Source: Gemmatimonadota bacterium (GTDB lineage: Bacteria > Gemmatimonadota > Gemmatimonadetes > Palauibacterales > KS3-K002). Taken from it: a DNA stretch of 49,446 bases. The first letter of the stretch is position 1; each line of letters begins with the position of its first letter. Shown here one piece after another: positions 10,850-20,134 of this stretch. The stretch lies in contig JAZGAL010000021.1 in NCBI GenBank assembly GCA_036475815.1, positions 1 through 49,446 on the forward strand, written 5' to 3'. Under the pieces are notes generated by a model. That model did not search any database. It was not told the origin of the DNA and was given only the letters and a program-made list of their open reading frames with translations. A program made the translations under genes and the position numbers.

Positions 10850-13360
10850 TTACTGGCCGCCGCTGTCGGGCTGCACCGTGTCGGTCGGGAGCTCGATCGG
10901 TATCGACGGGGCGTCAGCGGCGGGCGCCGCCGCCGGTGCCGGCAAGTCGATGGGTCCCAGAGCGACTTCCACGAATCGTCGCGCCTGCTCCATCGCCTGA
11001 TTCGAAGCCTGCACTTGGTTCAGCACAAGGTAGGCGTTAGCCAGCGACGTGTAGGCCTGGTAGTACTGAAGCGGGATCCCGTTCGTGGACAGATCCGGCC
11101 AGAAGGTCCAGTCGGGCATGTCCCTGTAGATGTAGAAGTCGTCGAGCAATGCGGCGGTTTTCTCCACATCCAGCCAGAACGGGAGTATGCGTCCCCCGCC
11201 GAAGCGTGCCTGTAGCGGCAGCGGCAGGATCGTGGCAGACGGCTGCACATCCGTAGGCGACATCTTGTACGCCACCCCTTCCCGGATCAGCCAGGGCTGG
11301 ATCGCGAATTTCTCGTAGGTGCCTGTAGTGCTGGCGAAGTAGATCGGCCGATCACCCGCCGACGTCTGCAATATGCGCAGGACCAAGATGTCGTTGCGCA
11401 ACAGATAGTCTCCACTCGCGACCAGTCCTTCCACATCGTCACTGATCGGCACTGCGACGGTGTCGGTGAATAGCTGGCAACGTCCGTAGTCGTCGCGAGG
11501 GTAGCAGTCGGGAGCGCTCTCGATCTCGGCGTCACTCATCTCGAGGATCGAACGTGTCGGCAGGGGCCAATCCCGGCCGCGATAGATGTCGATCGCCTTG
11601 TCGGGCTCGAATGGCCGCTGACAGGTGATCACCGTCGCGTCGGCCAGCGGGTCGCGCTCACCGCACGGACTGGTCAGGTCCCGCAGCTGCTCGGCGTACC
11701 AGGGAGTCGCCAGGTAGGAGTAGACGATGACCGTGACGTCGCGGCGCAGCCCCTCCACTTCCTGCAGATACCAGAGCGGGAACGTGTCGTTGTCACCGTT
11801 GGTGAAGACGATGCCGTATGGATCGACGGACATCAGGAGATTGTAAGCCCAGTCCCGCGCCACATAATCTCCGGCCCGGCTTGCGTACTTGAAGTTGAGC
11901 AGAAGCGGCAGCAAAGCGAGGACGAGTATGGGACTCGCGCGTCGAAGTTGCACGAGCGACGGCCGTGCCGTCGCTCCCGCCATCGTCTGTGCCAGCCGCT
12001 GCCAGAGAGCGGCCAGCCCGATGCCGGCCCACAGCCCCCAGACGGAGAAGGAGACCATGAAGAAGTAGTCACGTTCGCGTACCTCGCGCCAGTCGCGGGG
12101 CACGGGTACCAACTCGCCCGTGCCGGGGTTCACCACCTTCGCCCCGACCGAATACCCGTACTTGAAGTTCAGGTAGATGACGAGCCCTATCCACACGGTG
12201 GCGAAGAGGACGGCGAAGTAGATCCACGAAGTACGGTCTGCCCGGTAGTGCCGCAGAATCCCGTACAAGCCGAGCAGCACGAAGAGCAATGTGAAGGGCG
12301 CGCGAATCCAGGCGAAGAACGTGTTCGAACCGTCCAGGCTCCTGGCCCATTGCCAGTCGAAGTACTGCGCGTAGTGGATGAACTGCCACCTGACGAGGGT
12401 GAGGTCGCGCGGCCGTGGCCCGCCTGGAAAAGGGATCGGGCTCGTGTCGAGCGGCGGCTTGCGGTACTGCTCGCGCCGCAGCGATGCCGCCAACGCCTGG
12501 CAGCGGTCGTTCTCCTGGTCAGGTCCGAACAGCGAAACCGGGGGGTGGAGTCGCAGAATGTCGATGGTCGCGTCGACCAGCGATTCGCATCTCGGGTCCG
12601 CCTCGCTGATGACTGGCCGGCTCTCGGCACGGATCGGGAGGAACAGCTGCACGGAAAGCCCCAGCACCCAGGCGAGCGCGGCGAAGGAATAGAGCTGCCA
12701 GCGGACCAGCGCACGCGGGTGCACCCAGATCAGGTATAGCACCATCGCGGGCGCGACGAGGAACGCCATCAAGTGGTTCCCCAACGACAGGGCCAGCAGG
12801 AAAACGATGAGTATGAGAAGATTGTCGTCCTTGCCGCGGCCGATATTGTCACGCCAGCGGAAGATTAGGAAGGTGAGCACCGCGATCGTCATCAGGCTCA
12901 CCGTGTAAACCTTCTCGTTCACGACCGACTGGTTCCAGACGGTGAACGCCGTCGAGGAGATCAGGACTGTAGCCGCAGCGCCCACTCGCCGGAAAGGCTC
13001 GTCATCGGAGAAGAAGGCCAGTATGCGGTGAACGACCAGAAACCAGAAAGCGGCGGCTACGGCGCCGTTCGCCGCCGAGAACAGATTGATCTTAATCGCG
13101 ACGGACAGAGGGAACGGCGCGAGAAGAACCTCCCAGGTGCGAGCCAGAAGCACGAAGACGGGGTTCCCCGGCGGGTGCGGGATACCCAGGATGTGCGCCG
13201 TAGCGATGTACTCACTGGTATCCCAGAAGGCCGTGGAGCGCGCCAGGGTGATGACATAGAGAAGGAATATGGTCAGCCCAACGGCGGCGGCCCAGCGGTA
13301 CGGAGGCTGATAGTCCGCTGCTGAGGTGACCTCAGGCCTGACACGCTGCTGCGCTCCCAT
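10850..13360 (-). CDS. DUF2723 / TMEM260-like polytopic membrane glycosyltransferase (GT-C type)
   Basis: FWDTSEY, GIPHPPG, EKVY, RERDYFF and NGDNDTFPLWY motifs. Many TM segments followed by a soluble C-terminal domain. RBS GGAGG precedes ATG 13360. Confidence 0.8.
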   Translation of the reverse strand: MGAQQRVRPEVTSAADYQPPYRWAAAVGLTIFLLYVITLARSTAFWDTSEYIATAHILGIPHPPGNPVFVLLARTWEVLLAPFPLSVAIKINLFSAANGAVAAAFWFLVVHRILAFFSDDEPFRRVGAAATVLISSTAFTVWNQSVVNEKVYTVSLMTIAVLTFLIFRWRDNIGRGKDDNLLILIVFLLALSLGNHLMAFLVAPAMVLYLIWVHPRALVRWQLYSFAALAWVLGLSVQLFLPIRAESRPVISEADPRCESLVDATIDILRLHPPVSLFGPDQENDRCQALAASLRREQYRKPPLDTSPIPFPGGPRPRDLTLVRWQFIHYAQYFDWQWARSLDGSNTFFAWIRAPFTLLFVLLGLYGILRHYRADRTSWIYFAVLFATVWIGLVIYLNFKYGYSVGAKVVNPGTGELVPVPRDWREVRERDYFFMVSFSVWGLWAGIGLAALWQRLAQTMAGATARPSLVQLRRASPILVLALLPLLLNFKYASRAGDYVARDWAYNLLMSVDPYGIVFTNGDNDTFPLWYLQEVEGLRRDVTVIVYSYLATPWYAEQLRDLTSPCGERDPLADATVITCQRPFEPDKAIDIYRGRDWPLPTRSILEMSDAEIESAPDCYPRDDYGRCQLFTDTVAVPISDDVEGLVASGDYLLRNDILVLRILQTSAGDRPIYFASTTGTYEKFAIQPWLIREGVAYKMSPTDVQPSATILPLPLQARFGGGRILPFWLDVEKTAALLDDFYIYRDMPDWTFWPDLSTNGIPLQYYQAYTSLANAYLVLNQVQASNQAMEQARRFVEVALGPIDLPAPAAAPAADAPSIPIELPTDTVQPDSGGQ

Positions 13361-13400
13361 AACCCTCCGGACAGTCAACTGCTGATCTTCGTTTAGAACG

Positions 13401-13426
13401 GCGGCTCTATTAGCGGCTCTATTATA
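13401..13426 (-). promoter_or_regulatory. Perfect TATAAT -10 element (minus strand) abutting a 12-bp tandem repeat, upstream of the DUF2723 gene
   Basis: GCGGCTCTATTA twice at 13401-13424. ATTATA at 13421-13426 reads TATAAT on the minus strand. The -35 match is weak. Confidence 0.45.
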
Positions 13427-13560
13427 AGTTTGAGCGCTGACGGCGCCAGACCGTTGCTGCCGGGACCGGTGTTCCGCTGCCTGGGTTGCGTGTCCCGGCC
13501 TATGACGCAGATTCGAAGTCACGGAAAGCTGCAGCGATTCGAAACCGGGCTGGAGGGTCC

Positions 13561-14061
13561 ATGAAACCCGACAGAGCGCAGGTATTGACTCAGGGTCTTG
13601 TCGCAGGGCTGCTCAGCTACGCCGCTGTGGTGCTCTTTTTCATCGTGGCGAACCTCGTCGCGGGCCGGTCCCCCTTCCACACAGCCGCAGCGTTGGGCTC
13701 GGCTCTCTTTTATGGACTCTCGGATCCGGCGCGCCTGGTCATCGAGCCGGGACCCGTACTTGCCATGAATGGTCTCCATCTTGTACTGTCTCTCGCCGTC
13801 GGGACCGTCGCCACCTGGCTGCTGTTCGAGACCGAGCGTCACCATTTCATCTGGTATTTCGTTCTCTTCATCTTTCTGGCGGGCTTTGTCTACAGCTTGC
13901 TGGCGATCGGTATCTTCGGCGCCGAGATCGCGCACGTGATCCCCTGGTGGTCTGTGCTCGCTGGGAATGTCGTCTGGATGCTGTCACTGGGTAGTTACCT
14001 GTGGTTACAGCACCGTGGTCTAGTAGCAGCGTTGAAGAGGGAGCAAGAGTCGGCAACCTAG
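13561..14061 (+). CDS. Hypothetical 4-TM membrane protein (single copy of the domain duplicated in the next gene)
   Basis: RBS GGAGG. GLVAGLL...GRSPFHTAAALGSALF...NGLHL pattern shared with both halves of 14080..15045. Confidence 0.7.
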   Translation: MKPDRAQVLTQGLVAGLLSYAAVVLFFIVANLVAGRSPFHTAAALGSALFYGLSDPARLVIEPGPVLAMNGLHLVLSLAVGTVATWLLFETERHHFIWYFVLFIFLAGFVYSLLAIGIFGAEIAHVIPWWSVLAGNVVWMLSLGSYLWLQHRGLVAALKREQESAT

Positions 14062-14079
14062 GTGCGAGGAGGAGACTTG

Positions 14080-15045
14080 ATGCTTCGTAAGCAGACCGTG
14101 GTGCGGGGATTCCAGGCCGGCTTGATCGGGGCGACGATCCTGGCGGCGTGGTTCTTGATCGTGGACACTATCCAGGGTCGGCCCTTCGATACGCCGGCTT
14201 TCCTGTCGGACATCATCGTCAATGTGGACGTGGATCGCTCAGTCCTCCTCATAGCCCTGTATACCGTCCTCCACTACGCCGCCTTCTGTATGGTAGGCGT
14301 CGCGATGGCTTGGCTGCTGAGCGGGCTCGAGACGTTTCCCTCGATTCTGCTCGGGCTTGTCCTGGGATTCGTTCTCTTCGACCTGGTGTTCTATTCGGGA
14401 ATCGTGCTGAACGGGGCGGACATCGTCGAGGAGCTAGGTTGGCCTCAGGTACTTTCGGGGAATCTGCTTGCCGGCATCGGGGTGACCAGCTACCTGCGTC
14501 TGAAGTCGGAAGCGCCGTCGCTGGGCTGGCTGCCCGCCCTGGCCAAGAAACCGATAGTGCGGGAAGGGGTCATGGTAGGGGTGATCACGGCGGCCGCGGT
14601 GGCCGTCTGGTTTCTCCTCTTCGACATGGTTCGCGGTCAGATCTTCTTCACTCCCGGAGCGCTGGGTTCGGCTCTCTTTCTGCGCGTGAGCGGGCCTTCG
14701 CAGGTTGAAGTGACCTTCCTGACCGTAGGCGGCTATACCGTCGTTCACTTCGCCGCCTTCATCATGGTCGCCCTGGCGGCGGCTGCGATCGCCTGCCAGG
14801 CGGAAGAGACGCCGCCCTTGCTGCTGGCGGGCGTCCTGATCTTCGCGACGTTCGAGGCGTTCTTCCTGGGTCTACTCGCCATCGCCGCAGAGTGGCTGTT
14901 CGGCGCGCTCGGCTGGCTGTCGATCGGCGTTGGCAACCTGATCGCCACGGCGGTCATGGCGTACCTGATCTGGCGGGAGCACCCGAAGCTCCACGCTGCG
15001 CTTGGCAAGCAGACACTGGCCGAGGAAGACATCGAGTTGCCTTAG
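14080..15045 (+). CDS. Hypothetical 8-TM membrane protein with internal duplication
   Basis: RBS GAGGAGG. Half 1: GFQAGLIGA..WFLIVD..GRPFDTPAFL..YTVLHY..GNLLA. Half 2: GVMVGVITA..WFLLFD..GQIFFTPGALGSALF..YTVVHF..GNLIA. Confidence 0.75.
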   Translation: MLRKQTVVRGFQAGLIGATILAAWFLIVDTIQGRPFDTPAFLSDIIVNVDVDRSVLLIALYTVLHYAAFCMVGVAMAWLLSGLETFPSILLGLVLGFVLFDLVFYSGIVLNGADIVEELGWPQVLSGNLLAGIGVTSYLRLKSEAPSLGWLPALAKKPIVREGVMVGVITAAAVAVWFLLFDMVRGQIFFTPGALGSALFLRVSGPSQVEVTFLTVGGYTVVHFAAFIMVALAAAAIACQAEETPPLLLAGVLIFATFEAFFLGLLAIAAEWLFGALGWLSIGVGNLIATAVMAYLIWREHPKLHAALGKQTLAEEDIELP

Positions 15046-15122
15046 AGCGAGACTTGTGAGACCGCCTGACGCTTCAGATACTTCCGAGAGGGCGCGCCCT
15101 CGATCCCGCGCCGGGTAGGATC

Positions 15123-15941
15123 ATGCAGTGGTGGTGCTCGGCTCAAACCGTCGCCTGGGATTGGAGCTGGCAGATGTATCCCGGCGTCTGGGCTTTTGTA
15201 TCGCTCCTGGGCATCGCTTACTGGGTTCTCCTGCGCCGGCTCGGGGCGCGGGCTAGAGAGGGCGCGCTGTGGGAGAGCCGCCTCAGGCGCGCGACCTATT
15301 TCGCCGGCCTGCTTTGTCTGTGGGTCGCCCTGGATTGGCCGATTGGGCCCTTGGGTGCGGGGTATCTCGCGAGCGCGCACATGGTGCAGTTTCTGCTCAT
15401 CGCCCTCGTCGCACCGCCGCTGTTGCTCTACGGCTTGCCCAGCGGAGCGTTCGAGCGACTGGCGAACCGCCCGGCTGTACTCGGCTTTCTGCGAGTAGTG
15501 ACACATCCTCTCGTGGCGCTGGCATTCTTCAATGTCACACTCATCGCCACGCACTGGCCGTCCGTCGTCGACAGTATGATGGGGTCCCAGCTCGGCTCGT
15601 TCCTCCTGGATATGGCGTGGTGGGTGGCCGGACTGGTTCTATGGTGGCCGGTGGTGGCTCCCGTCCCGGCGCGTCCGGGCTTCGCGTATCTGTACAAGAT
15701 CGGGTATCTCATCCTGGCCACGATAGTGAACACCCCGGTCTTCGCCCTCCTCACCTTCAGCGGTCTGCCGCTGTACGCGACCTACGAGCTGTCACCGCCC
15801 ATCCAAGGCATATCGCCGCGTGTCGATCAGCAGCTGGCCGGCTTGATAATGAAGATAGGTGGCGGGTTGATCTTCTGGGCGGCGATAACGGTCCTCTTCT
15901 ATCGCTGGTACCGAGCGGAGCACGCGGCGGGTGAGGCGTAG
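15123..15941 (+). CDS. ctaG: Cytochrome caa3 oxidase assembly factor (Caa3_CtaG family)
   Basis: ALDWPI, SAHMVQFLLIALVAPPLL, HPLVA, THWP and DQQLAGLIMK motifs. Lies convergent to the caa3 operon. Confidence 0.85.
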   Translation: MQWWCSAQTVAWDWSWQMYPGVWAFVSLLGIAYWVLLRRLGARAREGALWESRLRRATYFAGLLCLWVALDWPIGPLGAGYLASAHMVQFLLIALVAPPLLLYGLPSGAFERLANRPAVLGFLRVVTHPLVALAFFNVTLIATHWPSVVDSMMGSQLGSFLLDMAWWVAGLVLWWPVVAPVPARPGFAYLYKIGYLILATIVNTPVFALLTFSGLPLYATYELSPPIQGISPRVDQQLAGLIMKIGGGLIFWAAITVLFYRWYRAEHAAGEA

Positions 15942-16035
15942 GTCGGGAGGGCCCCGCGTGAGTCTCAGGCCGTGCCCGACCGGCGACCGCGACATGAAGC
16001 CAAGGGTTCCGCGTCGCTGTTACGGAGGCGGAGCT

Positions 16036-16410
16036 TTAGCTGCCGATCTGGCCCATGCCGTGCGGGACAACGTGGAACAGTATGATGAGCGCGATCACCA
16101 CGAGTACGGCCAGCGCCAGAGGAACCACAAAGACGCCGCTGAAGATGCGGCTGTCGAATCTCAGGTGCATGTAGAACATCGCGACCAGCGCGAACTTGGT
16201 GCTGGAGAGTACCAGCAGAGTCGGCACGAGGACTCCTCGCAGCGCCGGGATGTAGAAAAGGGCGACCTCTGCAGCCGTGATGACTGTCAGAATCGTCCCG
16301 ATCACGACATAGGTTCTCCAGGTCGGGTGTCCCGGCGCCTCGGAACCAGCTCCCGCCGGCCGATTCACGCCCGCGCCGCCGCCTTCTACTTGACCGGTGA
16401 TTCCGCTCAT
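16036..16410 (-). CDS. ctaF: Cytochrome c oxidase subunit IV (prokaryotic COX4)
   Basis: ITAAEVALFY, KFALVAMFYMHLRFD. Last gene of the oxidase operon. Confidence 0.88.
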   Translation of the reverse strand: MSGITGQVEGGGAGVNRPAGAGSEAPGHPTWRTYVVIGTILTVITAAEVALFYIPALRGVLVPTLLVLSSTKFALVAMFYMHLRFDSRIFSGVFVVPLALAVLVVIALIILFHVVPHGMGQIGS

Positions 16411-16420
16411 GCCGCCTCCA

Positions 16421-17008
16421 TCACGGTATCAGATAGACGAGGGTGAAGATCACGATCCAGACGATGTCAACGAAGTGCCAGTACAACCCTGCTATCTCCA
16501 CATTCAGCGCATCCGCCTTGCCGATCTTCCCGCGCAGCGTCAGGATCCACAACGTTAGAAGCCAGATCACACCGACCGAGACATGCGCGCCGTGGAAGCC
16601 CGTGAGGACGAAGAAGGATGAGCCGAACACGTTCGCCTTTATGGTAAGACCCTCGTGCACGAAGGCGGTGAACTCATACGCTTGGAATCCGAGAAAGATG
16701 AGCCCGCAGATGGCCGTGGCGAGGAGCCATGTGAGCGCCCCGCGGCGGTTGCCCTGCTGAACCGCGTTCAGGGCGAGGACCATGGCGAGCGAGCTGGTGA
16801 GCAGCACGAATGTGCTTACGCTGGTCACCGGGATGTTGAGCACCTCGTGCGGGTAGGGGCCCGACACGGAAGCGCCCTTGTAGACCATGTAGGTCGAGAT
16901 CAGGCTGCCAAAGAACAGCGTCTCGGATCCGATGAAGGTCCAGAAGCCCAGCTTCCTGCTGTCCAGGCCGGTCGCGGTCGGTGGGTGGTGTACGCTCTCC
17001 ATTTCCAT
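16421..17008 (-). CDS. ctaE: Cytochrome c oxidase subunit III
   Basis: KLGFWTFIGSE, LTGFHGAHV, GLYWHFVDIVW. Confidence 0.95.
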   Translation of the reverse strand: MEMESVHHPPTATGLDSRKLGFWTFIGSETLFFGSLISTYMVYKGASVSGPYPHEVLNIPVTSVSTFVLLTSSLAMVLALNAVQQGNRRGALTWLLATAICGLIFLGFQAYEFTAFVHEGLTIKANVFGSSFFVLTGFHGAHVSVGVIWLLTLWILTLRGKIGKADALNVEIAGLYWHFVDIVWIVIFTLVYLIP

Positions 17009-17010
17009 CC

Positions 17011-18906
17011 TTATGTCGCCTCACCCCGAAACGCGGGCTGAAAGGCCCAGCTAAATACGCAGACGGCGGTGACGGCTAATCCGAGCAAAGGCACCCACCA
17101 GACTCCGGTCATCACCAGTATCCAGGTCAAAGCGATTCCGAAGGCGGTGAGGATCGGCCAGACCGAGGGTGACGGCATATGGGGCTCCTCAACCTCGGAC
17201 GGAACGCGCTCTTCAGCTTCTTCAGCTTTTGCCCATAGCGGCTCGCGGCTCTTCACCACCGGGATTTCGGCAAAGTTGTAGTACGGCGGCGGCGACGGGG
17301 TGGACCATTCGAGGGTCGCCGCCTTCCATGGGTTCGCCGGCGCCGGAGATCCCTTGAAAGCGCTGCGGACCAGGTTGAGAAGGAAGAGGAGGCTGCTGAG
17401 CGCGAAGATGAAGGCCCCGATGGTGGAGGCCATGTTCCAGTCGCCGACGTTGAGCTCGGCCGGATAGGTGAACACGCGCCGGGGCATCCCGAACAATCCG
17501 CTGAAGTGCATCGGGAAGAAAGTGAGATTGAACCCGATGATGAACGTCCAGAAGTGCCATGCCCCGAGTTTTTCGCTCATGAAGCGACCGGTCATCTTGG
17601 GGAACCAGTAGTAGAATCCGGCGAACAGTCCTACCATCGCGCCACCTACGATCGTGTAGTGGAAGTGCGCGACTACGAAGTAGGAGTCGTGCTGCTGAGT
17701 GTCCACCGGCGCCGAGGCGTGCATGATCCCCGTGAGGCCGCCGATCGTGAAGATCGCCAGGAGTCCGATGGCGAACAGCATGGCCGTAGTGAAACGAATC
17801 GAGCCGCCCCACATGGTGGCCAGCCAGTTGAAGATCTTCACCCCGGTTGGGATGGCGATGATCATCGTGCTCGCCACGAAGAAGGAATCGGTGATCGGTC
17901 CCAATCCCGACGTGAACATGTGATGGCTCCACACGCCCCACCCGATGAAGCCGATCAGGATCCCCGCGTATACGACGATCGGATAGCCGAACAACGGCTT
18001 GCGCGAGAATGTGGGGATCACGTCGGAGATGATCCCGAAGGACGGGAGGATCAGGATGTAGACCTCCGGATGCCCGAAGATCCAGAACAGGTGCTGCCAG
18101 AGGATCGGATCGCCGCCCGCCACCGGCACAAAGAAGTTCGCCCCGAAAAAACGGTCGAAGGCCAGTAAGATCAAAGCCACCGCGATCACCGGGATCGCCG
18201 TCACCAGGACCCAGCTGGTCACGAAAGTCATCCACGTGAACAGCGGCATCCGCATCAGCGTCATCCCGGGAGCCCGCAAGTTGATAATCGTGGTGATGAA
18301 GTTTATTCCGCCGATTAGCGAGCTCAGCCCCACGATCGACAGGCCGACGACCCAGAAGTTCACATTCGGACCGGGGGAGAACTGAGTGGACGTCAGGTTG
18401 GAGTATCCAACCCAGCTCGTGTCTGGTGCCGCCCCGAACAAGAAGCTGGAGTTCAGAAAAAGCCCGCCGAACAGAAAGACCCAGAAAGAGAGGGCGTTGA
18501 GCCTGGGAAAGGCGACGTCGCGGGCCCCGATCTGAAGCGGCACGATGTAGTTGAAGAAAGCTACGGCCATCGGCATGGCCACCAGGAAGATCATGGTGGT
18601 GCCATGCATGGTGAACAGTTGGTTGAACGTCTCAGCGCCGACGAAGTCGTTCTCCGGCACCGCCAGCTGGATGCGTATGAGCAGGGCCTCGACGCCCCCC
18701 ACGAGGAAGAAGAGCAGGGCGGCGGTGCCGTACATGAGGCCGATCCGCTTGTGATCGACCGTCGTGATCCAGTTCCATATCGTCGGGCCGAGGCCTCGCG
18801 GATCGGAGTAGAGCTCCGCGGCGGCGCTGCGTTCTTTGATGGACGCACCACCTCTGGGGCTGCCGGCCTCGGCGCGGCCACCTGTGCTAGCTCTCGTATC
18901 GGCCAT
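17011..18906 (-). CDS. ctaD: Cytochrome c oxidase subunit I, A1-type (caa3 operon)
   Basis: TMHGTTM, D-channel DVAFPRLN, WIFGHPEVY, VWSHHM, K-channel PTGVK, VVAHFHY, GMPRR. Confidence 0.97.
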   Translation of the reverse strand: MADTRASTGGRAEAGSPRGGASIKERSAAAELYSDPRGLGPTIWNWITTVDHKRIGLMYGTAALLFFLVGGVEALLIRIQLAVPENDFVGAETFNQLFTMHGTTMIFLVAMPMAVAFFNYIVPLQIGARDVAFPRLNALSFWVFLFGGLFLNSSFLFGAAPDTSWVGYSNLTSTQFSPGPNVNFWVVGLSIVGLSSLIGGINFITTIINLRAPGMTLMRMPLFTWMTFVTSWVLVTAIPVIAVALILLAFDRFFGANFFVPVAGGDPILWQHLFWIFGHPEVYILILPSFGIISDVIPTFSRKPLFGYPIVVYAGILIGFIGWGVWSHHMFTSGLGPITDSFFVASTMIIAIPTGVKIFNWLATMWGGSIRFTTAMLFAIGLLAIFTIGGLTGIMHASAPVDTQQHDSYFVVAHFHYTIVGGAMVGLFAGFYYWFPKMTGRFMSEKLGAWHFWTFIIGFNLTFFPMHFSGLFGMPRRVFTYPAELNVGDWNMASTIGAFIFALSSLLFLLNLVRSAFKGSPAPANPWKAATLEWSTPSPPPYYNFAEIPVVKSREPLWAKAEEAEERVPSEVEEPHMPSPSVWPILTAFGIALTWILVMTGVWWVPLLGLAVTAVCVFSWAFQPAFRGEAT

Positions 18907-18941
18907 CCAAGCGTTCCCTCAAACGTTGAGACAAGCCCGTA

Positions 18942-20039
18942 TCACTTCAGATTGGAGAGATAGGCCGCCACGGCCTCGACCTGCTCTTCGGAAAGCCCGC
19001 TGGGAGGCGAGCCTCCGCCGGGTTCCGCCACGCCGGGCATCTTGACGCCGGGCTTGAACCGCGCCGGGTTGCTGATCCAAGCCGCCAGGTTCTCCGGCCT
19101 GTTCTCCAGCAGGCCGGCGCCGATTCCTGTCCGGGCGCCGAAGCGGGTCAGGTTCGGGCCAAGGGTGCCCCGGGCGCTCGTCCCCTCGATGGCGTGGCAG
19201 GCAACACAGGTGCTCTGCATGAACAGCTCGCGCCCGAGCTCAGCTAGCGTCCCGGAATCGGGAGCCGCCGGACCCTTCATGCGCAGCACCCACTCCTCGA
19301 AGTTGGCCTGCGGCTCCGCGATGACCTGCAACCCCATGAGGGCGTGAGCAGAACCGCAGAACTCCGCGCACTGTCCGGAGTAGATTCCGGCCTCGTCCAC
19401 GGTGAACTTGAGCCGGTTGACCTTCGGCGGGCCTCCCTCCGGTTCCCGGACCAATGGGTTGAGGTCCCGTTTTCCACCCAGACGTGGCACCCAGAACGAG
19501 TGGATGACGTCCGCCGACCACATCCGCAGATCCACGCTGCGCCCGACCGGGATGTGGAGCTCGTTGGCCGTCACCACATTCTCCGCCGGGTAACGGAACT
19601 CCCACCACCACTGGTGACCGATAACCTCCACCACTATGGCATCTGCACCGGCTTCGGCTTGGGTACGAAAAACCGTTCTTATCGTGGGGATAGTGATGAG
19701 AATGACGATAATCGCAGCACCCACCGTCCACCCGATCTCCAGGCCCAGATGACCGCGTGTCTTCTTGGGCTCCGGCCCGCCGGGCCGTTCCCGGAAGCGG
19801 ATGAGAATGTAGGCGAGCACGCCCCATACGACGATCAGGATCAGCACAGACCACCAGAATACCGTGAGATAGAGGCTCTGGATCGCCGACCCGTAGTCGC
19901 TCGTGACCGGGTCGATCGTGCTCCCTGGATGCTCCTGCCCGCACGCGGCCAGGTAGACGCTCAACGCCAGTATGAAAAGGTTAATCGGGTTGAGAAAACG
20001 TCGGCCGTGTTGCCTCAACCTATTGCCCCTGCAGATCAC
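18942..20039 (-). CDS. ctaC: Cytochrome c oxidase subunit II with CuA site and fused C-terminal cytochrome c (caa3 type), lipoprotein
   Basis: Lipobox LAAC, GHQWWWEF, DVIHSFW, CAEFCGSAHALM, CVACH and KMP. Start GTG 20039 follows GAGGA. Confidence 0.93.
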   Translation of the reverse strand: MICRGNRLRQHGRRFLNPINLFILALSVYLAACGQEHPGSTIDPVTSDYGSAIQSLYLTVFWWSVLILIVVWGVLAYILIRFRERPGGPEPKKTRGHLGLEIGWTVGAAIIVILITIPTIRTVFRTQAEAGADAIVVEVIGHQWWWEFRYPAENVVTANELHIPVGRSVDLRMWSADVIHSFWVPRLGGKRDLNPLVREPEGGPPKVNRLKFTVDEAGIYSGQCAEFCGSAHALMGLQVIAEPQANFEEWVLRMKGPAAPDSGTLAELGRELFMQSTCVACHAIEGTSARGTLGPNLTRFGARTGIGAGLLENRPENLAAWISNPARFKPGVKMPGVAEPGGGSPPSGLSEEQVEAVAAYLSNLK

Positions 20040-20134
20040 GTTGTCCTCGTAGTTTTCGATCTCCCTGTCGCGGCTGGCGGCAACGATACAAGATCTGCAC
20101 TGATTCGCAACCGGGTGGACCGCCGGGCCGAGCT

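Noticed and set aside
10827-10851. GGAAC...GTT ECF-like motif after sbcC
   Set aside because: It would fire antisense into the end of the DUF2723 gene with no downstream ORF; likely chance.
15941-15981. Imperfect inverted repeat GGTCGGG...CCCGACC between convergent ctaG and ctaF
   Set aside because: No U-tract on either strand and not repeated elsewhere in the window, so it cannot be called a terminator or REP element.
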